46,394 bases of DNA from a bacterium (lineage in GTDB: Bacteria; Patescibacteriota; Dojkabacteria; JAKAPS01; JAJZLI01). The number at the start of each line of letters is the position of its first letter. Position 1 is the first letter of the stretch. Shown one piece after another: positions 37,519 through 46,394 of this stretch. A program made the translations under genes and the position numbers. The notes under the pieces were generated by a model. It saw only the letters and a list, made by a program, of their open reading frames with translations. It was not told the origin of the DNA and searched no databases. The stretch spans positions 1 to 46,394 of the forward strand of contig DAHXLB010000010.1 in NCBI GenBank assembly GCA_027371855.1, written 5' to 3'.

Positions 37519-37959
37519 TTAAGGGTTATTAATTTCATCAAAAATTGTTATTAGTGTTTGGATTTCTAATTCAGTAGTTCTTGTTAATCCTAAATATCTT
37601 TCTAATTTTAGAGGATTAGATATTGGACCGTTACTTTTTAATGGATACAGTGTTGAATACCTATCAACAGACATTATATAATTGTGTTGATTTAATTGAT
37701 ATTCACAATGTACTTTATTTTTTTGTATAACTAATATAGATACCAGTGGCACATCATCATTTGCATCTGTTCTTTGAGATATGTGTATTAAGTTTCCGCC
37801 TCTGAAAATTAGTTTACTTTTAATGCCTTCTGATAAATAAAACCGCGGCCCATCAGAAGCTACCCCAATAGTAGTTATGCTATCAATCACATCATATAAT
37901 TGATGTAAAGTTTGTTGTGAAGGGGGAGCACCATCTTTATAAAAGTCTAAATTCTCCAT
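37519..37959 (-). CDS. Hypothetical protein
   Basis: 146-aa ORF 10 bp downstream of purA; no motif recognised. Confidence 0.6.
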   Translation of the reverse strand: MENLDFYKDGAPPSQQTLHQLYDVIDSITTIGVASDGPRFYLSEGIKSKLIFRGGNLIHISQRTDANDDVPLVSILVIQKNKVHCEYQLNQHNYIMSVDRYSTLYPLKSNGPISNPLKLERYLGLTRTTELEIQTLITIFDEINNP

Positions 37960-37969
37960 TTTGGAAATA

Positions 37970-39265
<1,296 letters not shown>

Positions 39266-39311
39266 CTAATTTAAAATCAATAGTATGTATTATTTATAAT
39301 AAATAAAATAA

Positions 39312-42290
39312 TTATTTAGATCTTTTTAATATTGAATAAATTACAGGCACTATAAATAATGTTAAGAAAGTGGAGGTGAATAACCCTCCTATAACAGTTA
39401 TTGCAAGAGATTTACCTATTAGAGTAGAGGTTGAGGAGAACATTGCTAAAGGAAGCAGGGCAAACATAGTTGTTATTGCTGTCATCAATATTGGTCTTAA
39501 TCTTACCTTTCCTCCTTCAATTATAGCTTGTCTTATATCAACCCCAGTAGTAATATTTTGCTTAATTTTGGTAAGAAGAACAATAGCATTCGTTACCACT
39601 ATACCAATAAGCATTAACATTCCTATTAATGATGGGAGATCTAATGTTGAATCTGTTATAAATAGAGCAACCAAAACACCTATTATGGTTACAGGAAGAG
39701 AGAAAAGAATAGCGATAGGTTCTATTATAGATGAGAAAGTTGCTATCATTATAATAAGTACTATAACAACTGATATTGCCATGGCTTCAAAAAGAGAGTT
39801 AAATGAAGATGCCTGCTCAGACGAAGATCCTTGATTCTTGATAGTAACATTATATTTACTTTGAGCTTTATTAACATAATTTGTTATACTGGAGTTTATA
39901 CTTTGTGTATTTTTTGCAGTTATTAATGCATCAATCACTGAAGCTCTTTGCCCATCCTCATAAGTAATACTAGAGTTATATTTTTTATTTTTTACTGTTG
40001 CAACTTTAGATAAGGGAATTTTATTTCCCATAGAATTAGTTATATATATATTTGAGATATTAGGCAAATTGTCCACATATATGTATGTATTATATGATGA
40101 ACTATTTATACTGTAATTTTGAATTTCTGATGGTGTAAAATATGGAGATATTTGAGATAAAACTTGTATTGATGATAATAAGTTTTTAGAGAGAGCATTG
40201 TTATTTAGTGTTATTTGTTTTTGATATGTATTCTTAGATAGATTTGATGAAATATTACTTACCCCTCCCATACTTTTTAGTTTATTAAGAAGATAATTAT
40301 TTGCTTGGTATAAATTATTAGAATTGTCTGAATTTATTGACAATGCTACTGAGTTTAGATTTCCTACTGCTGATAATAGATTTACCTGGCTATTTAATCC
40401 TTTAATCTTATTTGCAAAATTTTCTATATTAGATATTTCATTATTAATATTATTATTATTTTTAAAGTTTATAAAAATCTGAAATTTATTATTTTGAGGT
40501 GTAGTATTTAATGCAATTCTTCTATTATTTGCTAATCCTATTGATACAGTGTATAAGGATATATTATTTATTGTTTTTATATAATTTACTAATTTAATTG
40601 CTGTATTATATGTATCTGTTTTAGATGATCCAGTTTTAAGTGATCCTGAAACAATTGCATTTGGTTGAGTTGGAGATGGGATGAACCCTGTTTTTATAAA
40701 AGGAATTAAAAATAGTGATGATATTATTAAAATTAGTGTTATTAATATAGTTGATATCTTGTGATTCAAAGATATATTTATTAGTTTTTCATAATATTTT
40801 GTTAAGAAGAATTCCTTTTTCTTCAATTTAACATTTTTACGTAACAAGAATATAGCACTAAATATAGGTATTACTATTATTGCCGTAAAGAGTGATGCTA
40901 GAAGAGCAGATGAGGCTGTAAAGGCAAAAGGTATAAAGAATGATGAAGTAATTCCTCCTACAAATGCAATTGGTAAAAATACTCCTATTGTGGTTAAAGT
41001 TGATGAAGTTATAGCTCCACCAACTTCTTTTACAGAATTTATAAGTAATTTCTCATCTTTTATGACATCTTCTGATAGATGTCTGAATATAGTTTCAATC
41101 ACAACAATACTATCATCAAAAATTCTGCCCAATGCTACAGATAATCCAGAAAGAGACATTATATTAAAGGTTATATTCTGCACATTCATTAGTGTTAATG
41201 TAAAGAATATTGATATAGGAATAGACAGAGATGCTATAAGTGTAATACTTCTACTTTTTAGAAATATCAATATTATAAAGATGGCAAGTACTATTCCAAG
41301 GACAGTTTCTTTAGATATTCCATTAATGGTTGAATTTATAGTAGAGGTGTCATTGCTAAGTATTTTATATTGTATCCCATTAGTATTAAGTTGCTTTATT
41401 TTATTTAATATAGTACTTATTACTTTTGTAGTATTAATATTTTGTTGTCCAAAAACATCTACTAAGTCAGATTTACTACCATTTGTATCAACTATTTGAT
41501 TGTTGTAAACTTTTATAACATTTAAGGTGGCAATGTCTTTAAGTTTAATAATTTGTCCATTATAGTAGGATATTGTTGAATTTTTAAGGTCATTAATATT
41601 GGTTACATTAGAATATATTGTTACTGGTTCAGTTATATTTTTTGAAGTAATAGATCCAATTGGTGCATCTACATTATATGATTTTATAATATTCACTACA
41701 GATGACACTGAAATATTATACTCAATTAATTTATTATAATTTAAGTTTATTTTAAACTCTTGAGTTTGATTCCCATAATAAGAAACATTGCTTACCCCTG
41801 AAACTGTATTTATATATGGAACTATAGTATTCTTTACAAAATTGTCCCTATTTTTTCCAGAAAATGAAAGTTCTAGTATTGGTATATCAGAAAAATTAAA
41901 CTGAGATACACTAGGAGTGCTAACTTGCCTAGGTAGTTGGACTGATTGAATGTCTTGGTTAATACTTTGTTCTAATTGATTAAGGTTTACTCCATAATGT
42001 GATGTCACAATTATTGTAGTGTATCCATTGTCAGCATTTTCTTGTATATCTTTTATGCCGGATATAGATTTTATAGCATTATAGATAGGCTCAGTGATAT
42101 TTGTATAAACTTCTTTTGCGTTTGCACCAGGGTAATTTGACTGTATTATTAAGGTTGATAAATTTACATTAGGAAACACTTCCCTATCAGCTACTACATA
42201 TGAGTATGTCCCGAATAATACTAAAAAAATTAATATTACAAATATTAAGGTTTTGTTTTTTAATGAATATGAAACTAATTTCTCTATCAT
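39312..42290 (-). CDS. RND efflux permease (AcrB/SwrC-like)
   Basis: YPGANA, GRIFDDSIVVIE, GIVVTNAIVL and RLRPILMTA motifs; ~990 aa. The ATG at 42290 is preferred over TTG 42311. Confidence 0.92.
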   Translation of the reverse strand: MIEKLVSYSLKNKTLIFVILIFLVLFGTYSYVVADREVFPNVNLSTLIIQSNYPGANAKEVYTNITEPIYNAIKSISGIKDIQENADNGYTTIIVTSHYGVNLNQLEQSINQDIQSVQLPRQVSTPSVSQFNFSDIPILELSFSGKNRDNFVKNTIVPYINTVSGVSNVSYYGNQTQEFKINLNYNKLIEYNISVSSVVNIIKSYNVDAPIGSITSKNITEPVTIYSNVTNINDLKNSTISYYNGQIIKLKDIATLNVIKVYNNQIVDTNGSKSDLVDVFGQQNINTTKVISTILNKIKQLNTNGIQYKILSNDTSTINSTINGISKETVLGIVLAIFIILIFLKSRSITLIASLSIPISIFFTLTLMNVQNITFNIMSLSGLSVALGRIFDDSIVVIETIFRHLSEDVIKDEKLLINSVKEVGGAITSSTLTTIGVFLPIAFVGGITSSFFIPFAFTASSALLASLFTAIIVIPIFSAIFLLRKNVKLKKKEFFLTKYYEKLINISLNHKISTILITLILIISSLFLIPFIKTGFIPSPTQPNAIVSGSLKTGSSKTDTYNTAIKLVNYIKTINNISLYTVSIGLANNRRIALNTTPQNNKFQIFINFKNNNNINNEISNIENFANKIKGLNSQVNLLSAVGNLNSVALSINSDNSNNLYQANNYLLNKLKSMGGVSNISSNLSKNTYQKQITLNNNALSKNLLSSIQVLSQISPYFTPSEIQNYSINSSSYNTYIYVDNLPNISNIYITNSMGNKIPLSKVATVKNKKYNSSITYEDGQRASVIDALITAKNTQSINSSITNYVNKAQSKYNVTIKNQGSSSEQASSFNSLFEAMAISVVIVLIIMIATFSSIIEPIAILFSLPVTIIGVLVALFITDSTLDLPSLIGMLMLIGIVVTNAIVLLTKIKQNITTGVDIRQAIIEGGKVRLRPILMTAITTMFALLPLAMFSSTSTLIGKSLAITVIGGLFTSTFLTLFIVPVIYSILKRSK

Positions 42291-42402
42291 AATAATTAGG
42301 TTATCTAACAATCACAAATATTACCATAAATTTTATAAAATACAAAATATATAGATTTGTTCTTTAATTCATTATAAATCAACTATAGTGTATAATAATA
42401 TT

Positions 42403-42780
42403 ATGATATTAAATCAACTTACTAAAGAAGAAGCATCAGTTATATTAGATAAAAATACAGAAGCACCGTTTGTTGGAGAATATTATAATTTTTTTAAGGA
42501 AGGTAAATATATTTGTAGACAATGTGAGACGCCTTTATACTTATCTAATGATAAATTTGAAGTAGGATCTGGATTCGCAGGCTGTGGGTGGCCTAGCTTT
42601 GATCAAGAAATTGATGGCATGGTTAAAAAGATCCTTGATAAAGATGGTCATAGAACTGAAATTATATGTAATAATTGTGGGGCACATTTGGGGCATGTAT
42701 TTTCTGGGGAAGGCTTCACGAAAACTAATATGAGGCATTGTGTAAACTCAATTTCATTGAAATTTGTCCCTAAGGTTTAA
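42403..42780 (+). CDS. msrB: Methionine-R-sulfoxide reductase
   Basis: TEAPF, CxxC pairs, GCGWPSF, RTEI, HLGHVF and RHCVNS motifs. The ATG at 42403 lies 6 nt after TATAAT. Confidence 0.95.
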   Translation: MILNQLTKEEASVILDKNTEAPFVGEYYNFFKEGKYICRQCETPLYLSNDKFEVGSGFAGCGWPSFDQEIDGMVKKILDKDGHRTEIICNNCGAHLGHVFSGEGFTKTNMRHCVNSISLKFVPKV

Positions 42781-42796
42781 GCTTTTAATAAGTATT

Positions 42797-43348
42797 ATGA
42801 ATGATAATGAAAAAATAATTTTTGGAGGAGGTTGTTTCTGGTGTACGGAGGCAATATTTAAAAGGCTTAAAGGTGTTTCTTCAGTAACTCCTGGTTATGC
42901 TGGAGGTACAGTAGATAATCCTTCATATGAAGAGGTATGCTCTGGTAATACAAATCATGTGGAAGTTATAGAAGCAGAATTTGATAGAAATGTTATTTCA
43001 CTTAGAGTGCTTATTGAAATATTTCTGCATACTCACAACCCCACAGAAATTGATAGACAAGGTAATGATATTGGAACTCAGTATAGATCTGCAATATTTT
43101 ATTTTAATGATGAACAAAAAAGTATTGCAAATACGGTTATAGCTGAAATTGATAAATCAGGTTTATACAAAGGTGTTATAGCAACTAGGATTGAACCATA
43201 TGTGAATTTTTTTAAAGCAGAAAATTATCATCAAAATTACTATGATAACAATAAAAATAATTTTTATTGTAGTGCCATAATTAGTCCTAAAGTTCAAAAA
43301 TTGATTAAAGAATATTCCTCAAAAGTAAAAGAGGAGTATATAAATTGA
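42797..43348 (+). CDS. msrA: Methionine-S-sulfoxide reductase
   Basis: GGGCFWCTEA, GYAGG, RQGNDIGTQYRS and AENYHQNYY motifs. Confidence 0.96.
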   Translation: MNDNEKIIFGGGCFWCTEAIFKRLKGVSSVTPGYAGGTVDNPSYEEVCSGNTNHVEVIEAEFDRNVISLRVLIEIFLHTHNPTEIDRQGNDIGTQYRSAIFYFNDEQKSIANTVIAEIDKSGLYKGVIATRIEPYVNFFKAENYHQNYYDNNKNNFYCSAIISPKVQKLIKEYSSKVKEEYIN

Positions 43349-43351
43349 GAT

Positions 43352-43972
43352 ATGGAATTATATCTATTGCGTCATGCAGAATCACAAATGAATACTAGAC
43401 CAGAGTTAATCACTGGCAGGATGAATGAGGTAGTTCTATCTGATGATGGTGTAAAACAAGATTCAATGTTAGGAGAATATTTATTAAAGAATAATATATT
43501 TCCCAATATAGTATATTCATCTCCAGCAGAAAGAACTATACAGACTGCTCGTATTGCACTTGATAGTATGGGAATGACGGACACGAAGTTAGTAGTTGAT
43601 TGTGGTATTCAAGAAATGGATCAAGGAGAATGGGCAGGCAGACCAAAAAGAGAAATTTATGTAGAATCTATTTTACGAGATATGGAATTAAAAGATAAAC
43701 ATTTTAAGGCACCATCTGGAGAATCAATGCATGAAGTAGGAGAGAGGATGTTTAATTTTATTTCTAGTGTTAATAATGGCGGTGAAATAGTTTTTATATT
43801 TTCTCATGCTATGGCTATAAAATGTTTAATTGGTTTTATTTCTGGATTAAATAGAGAAGAAATATATAATTTGAAAGTAGGAAATGCATCAGTTACATTA
43901 CTTGTGAAAGAAGATAATTCTTTAAAACTGACTTACTTAGGAAAAGATTATATTGATATATCTAGATTATAA
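43352..43972 (+). CDS. Histidine phosphatase (PGM) family protein
   Basis: LLRHAES, SSPAERT, EMDQGEW, GES and SHAM motifs. Confidence 0.9.
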   Translation: MELYLLRHAESQMNTRPELITGRMNEVVLSDDGVKQDSMLGEYLLKNNIFPNIVYSSPAERTIQTARIALDSMGMTDTKLVVDCGIQEMDQGEWAGRPKREIYVESILRDMELKDKHFKAPSGESMHEVGERMFNFISSVNNGGEIVFIFSHAMAIKCLIGFISGLNREEIYNLKVGNASVTLLVKEDNSLKLTYLGKDYIDISRL

Positions 43973-44267
43973 AACCTTCTTTTTTAAGAAGATTAATTTT
44001 CTTTCTTGATCCTATAGCCCCATTATATCCTCCTATTTTGCCATTACTTTTTATTACTCTATGACAAGGGATCATTGGGGCATATGGATTTTTTCTGAGT
44101 GCATTTCCTACAGCCCTATAAGCTTTTGGTCTACCTATTCTAGATGCTAACTCTTTATAGGTAATTATAGATCCTTTTTTAATTTTCATGGCTTCAATTA
44201 ATACAGCTTTTTGAAATTTAGTAAGTTTTCTTGAATTTATAACTTTTAATTTGTACGTTTTATCCAT
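43962..44267 (-). CDS. ogt: Methylated-DNA--protein-cysteine methyltransferase (single domain)
   Basis: TYKELA, RAVGNAL and active-site PCHRV. Confidence 0.88.
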   Translation of the reverse strand: MDKTYKLKVINSRKLTKFQKAVLIEAMKIKKGSIITYKELASRIGRPKAYRAVGNALRKNPYAPMIPCHRVIKSNGKIGGYNGAIGSRKKINLLKKEGFII

Positions 44268-44274
44268 ATTAGTA

Positions 44275-44838
44275 TTATATATTATTTAATTTCTCTATTT
44301 GTTTATATCTAAAACAATATTTATTATGATTATTAAATATTCCTATAGATTCCATAAATGAATAACAAATTTTAGGGCCTATGAACTTAAAACCTTTTTT
44401 TTTGAATTCTTTATTAACCTTTTCTGCTATTACTTGCTTATCTTCATCATTAACGATTTTATAATTTACAAAATTCCATATATATTCATCAAAACTGCCA
44501 TATTCTAATTGTATCTTCATAAAAATTTTAGCATTATTTAATATAGAATTAACTTTTAATTTATTTCTAATAATTCCTCTATTATTAAGTAAATCCGTTA
44601 TTTTATTTTTATCATATAAAGATATTTTTTTATAATCAAAATTATCTAATGATTTTCTATAATTGTCTCTTTTTGAAAGTATTATTAACCAAGAAAGGCC
44701 TGCTTGCATAGATTCTAAAACTAACATTTCAAACAATTTTCTATCTCTATGTTCCGGTACACCCCATTCTTTGTCATGGTACTTTAGATACAAAAAGTCA
44801 TTAGTAACCCATGTACATCTTTGAAATTCTTTACTCAT
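44275..44838 (-). CDS. tag: DNA-3-methyladenine glycosylase I
   Basis: RCTW, YHDKEWGVP, LESMQAGLSW, IIRNKLKV and NNHNKYCF motifs. Confidence 0.93.
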   Translation of the reverse strand: MSKEFQRCTWVTNDFLYLKYHDKEWGVPEHRDRKLFEMLVLESMQAGLSWLIILSKRDNYRKSLDNFDYKKISLYDKNKITDLLNNRGIIRNKLKVNSILNNAKIFMKIQLEYGSFDEYIWNFVNYKIVNDEDKQVIAEKVNKEFKKKGFKFIGPKICYSFMESIGIFNNHNKYCFRYKQIEKLNNI

Positions 44839-44852
44839 AAAAATTTAATTAT

Positions 44853-45245
44853 CTATATATTCTTATTAAATGGATGCTTATTAATAAGTCTATTTATATC
44901 ATTAATAATTTGATTAGCATTGTTGACTTCAATAATTATTTCTTTATATTTTTCATCTTTTAAAAATATGGATATAGTTTTTTCAGGGTGATGTATTTCT
45001 AGAAACACCATCTCATTGTCATAAAATGTTCCTTCAGAAATTATTCCTGGTAGATTTGATCCAGCAATTTTCTTAATTCCTTTAATTCCTAACCATTTTT
45101 TAGCATCTTTTGTATTTTGAGACACAGAAGAAATGTGATTAATTGGAATCTTTAAGTGGCTTTTTAAAGCAAGTATTTTATCTATACCTTCCATTTCTAT
45201 TATTATATTTTCACTATCTGATGTTACTGTTGTCATATAGGCCAT
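44853..45245 (-). CDS. Hypothetical protein (possible bacterial PH-like fold)
   Basis: KILALKSHLKIPINHISSV and GSNLPG...GTF pattern. ATG start at 45245 or 45236. Confidence 0.6.
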   Translation of the reverse strand: MAYMTTVTSDSENIIIEMEGIDKILALKSHLKIPINHISSVSQNTKDAKKWLGIKGIKKIAGSNLPGIISEGTFYDNEMVFLEIHHPEKTISIFLKDEKYKEIIIEVNNANQIINDINRLINKHPFNKNI

Positions 45246-45331
45246 TTTATATATAAATAATGTAAAACTCAAGTGTTAATGATATAACAAACTATAAATA
45301 TAGATCTATCTAAAAAAAATATTTAATTTTA

Positions 45332-45363
45332 TGATACACTATAAATAAACTTTAAGGAGGTGA
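45332..45363 (+). promoter_or_regulatory. Extended -10 plus full Shine-Dalgarno site for the DUF2892 gene
   Basis: TGaTACACT (45332-45340) and TAAGGAGGTGA (45353-45363), 6 nt before ATG 45370. Confidence 0.75.
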
Positions 45364-45369
45364 TTTTAT

Positions 45370-45588
45370 ATGAAATTTACAAAATTTATGTCTACTCCTA
45401 CAGGGAGGGGTATTAGAATTGTTGTGGGTTTAATATTAATATATCTTGGTTTCTTTGTTATTCATGGTAAAAAAGGAATTGTTGTTGCTATAATAGGATT
45501 AATTCCTTTTCTGGCAGCCATATTTAATGTTTGTATATTAGCACCTTTATTTGGAGGTTCTTTTAAAGGATCGGATGTTAAAAACTAA
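45370..45588 (+). CDS. DUF2892 (YgaP-like) membrane protein
   Basis: GRGIRIVVG...GLIPF....NVC...PLFG pattern; 2 TM helices. Confidence 0.8.
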   Translation: MKFTKFMSTPTGRGIRIVVGLILIYLGFFVIHGKKGIVVAIIGLIPFLAAIFNVCILAPLFGGSFKGSDVKN

Positions 45589-45606
45589 AGTCAAATAGCC
45601 TTTATG

Positions 45607-45645
45607 GGAGCAATTTATCATTTGGTAATTTGCTCCTAATTTTTT
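45607..45645. terminator. Hairpin terminator between convergent genes
   Basis: GGAGCAATTTATCA / TGGTAATTTGCTCC stem (one mismatch, one G-U pair) followed by taattttttt. Confidence 0.7.
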
Positions 45646-45672
45646 ATAGAGCAATAATTTCTAAATGGGGAT

Positions 45673-46074
45673 TTAATCTATGGTTTCTTTTACTTTGTCT
45701 GGAGTTGCAGGATTTACTAATTGGATAAGTTTAACAATTCCATATGCAATTACTAAGTATATAAACATAGCAACCAGTGTTGACCATTCAAATACTGAGT
45801 TATATGTTACTGTTACATGAAAGATACTAGAGAATGGTTGAGAAAAAACATTACTAGTAGAGTATATAAAACTTACAAAGCCACTCCCAGGATTTGCAGC
45901 TGCTAGTTTTAATATAAATCTGAATGCTAATAATACCTCAATTATTCCTAAAATATACCAAACTATTTGATGTGCTCTAAAAATAACTTTTTTTGTTTTA
46001 TAGTTATTTCCAGTATAAGCAGAACTCTTAGTCTCTGTTGTAGTATTTTCTATATTCTCGGTATTATTGTCCAT
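45673..46074 (-). CDS. YggT-like membrane protein
   Basis: FRFILKLAAANPGSGFVSFIY..S..F..PF and EWSTLVAM pattern. Confidence 0.78.
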   Translation of the reverse strand: MDNNTENIENTTTETKSSAYTGNNYKTKKVIFRAHQIVWYILGIIEVLLAFRFILKLAAANPGSGFVSFIYSTSNVFSQPFSSIFHVTVTYNSVFEWSTLVAMFIYLVIAYGIVKLIQLVNPATPDKVKETID

Positions 46075-46179
46075 ATAATTGTATAAATATATTATACTAT
46101 CATAGTATCTATGTTAATGTTATTAAGCGTAGATAACTTTTTTAATAACTACGGTATTATAGATAAAGAGTTTATAAAG

Positions 46180-46325
46180 CAAGGGTCATTAAGTTAGATT
46201 GATATCTCAGGGTATTTTGAGTATTGATAAGGGGGGTATCCTGGATGGCTCCCCGTCGTATCAACGGTTTGAACCAGCTTTGGCTTTTTGGTACATATTA
46301 ATAGAAGTATTCAGAAAGGATGATA
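46180..46325 (+). ncRNA. Candidate structured non-coding RNA (unassigned; 6S-like architecture possible)
   Basis: GC-rich island in AT-rich intergenic DNA with nested stems; G-U pairs favour the + strand. No family match could be confirmed. Confidence 0.35.
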
Positions 46326-46345
46326 TATAAAATTATAATAAAATC

Positions 46346-46394
46346 TTATTTTAAATCAGAATATTCTTCTTTGATTCTTTCATCTAAGAATATT
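46346..46394 (-). CDS. Possible 3' end of a gene entering from the right edge
   Basis: The minus strand reads IFLDERIKEEYSDLK* up to TAA at 46346-46348; too short to identify. Confidence 0.35.
   Translation of the reverse strand, partial: IFLDERIKEEYSDLK

Noticed and set aside
43962-44267. Alkyltransferase-like (ATL) protein or truncated pseudogene
   Set aside because: The active-site PCHRV retains Cys (ATLs usually have Trp or Ala), and the ORF has a clean start right after tag.
46145-46256. TPP riboswitch on the minus strand (GGGGAGCC...CTGAGA...GACCCTT...TAATACCGTAG)
   Set aside because: Scattered words resemble the consensus, but the ACCUGA and GCG core and the P3 pairing are missing, the downstream gene is unrelated to thiamine, and G-U pairs favour the other strand. 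A cmscan run would settle it.
46262-46285. tRNA (GGTTCAAAC T-loop-like word on the minus strand)
   Set aside because: No T-stem, acceptor stem or cloverleaf can be built.

Overview
Very AT-rich (roughly 25-30% GC by eye), gene-dense bacterial chromosome segment that reads cleanly in the standard bacterial genetic code. Gene content and architecture suggest a Patescibacteria/CPR-like organism; this is inference from the split transketolase, the FtsA paralog plus baseplate-J-like membrane protein, the 7TM/ATP-grasp/RimK cluster, DUF5665-like and YggT-like small proteins, and the near absence of Shine-Dalgarno sites. Housekeeping and metabolic genes include metG, tatD, rpoD, typA, tsaC, purA, msrA/msrB, ogg, tag, ogt, tkt (N and C), a glycerate kinase, a GH1 glycosidase, a TreS-like GH13 and an RND pump. 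No rRNA, tRNA, CRISPR array or intact transposase was found. Most notable observations: (1) three tandem RpoD-family sigma factors whose promoter-recognition residues have diverged; (2) a family of ~15-bp mini-palindromes (core GGATCYRGATCC and relatives) that fill intergenic gaps and appear as in-frame ~5-aa insertions in MsrB and MetG; (3) a RodZ - FtsA paralog - baseplate-J-like membrane protein cluster without ftsZ or mreB; (4) a GC-rich structured ncRNA candidate at ~46.2 kb preceded by a ~33-bp motif shared with a second intergenic region; (5) widespread leaderless or very-short-leader promoters; (6) an RRM-DEAD-box helicase fusion. All family assignments come from motif recognition by eye, not from database searches.
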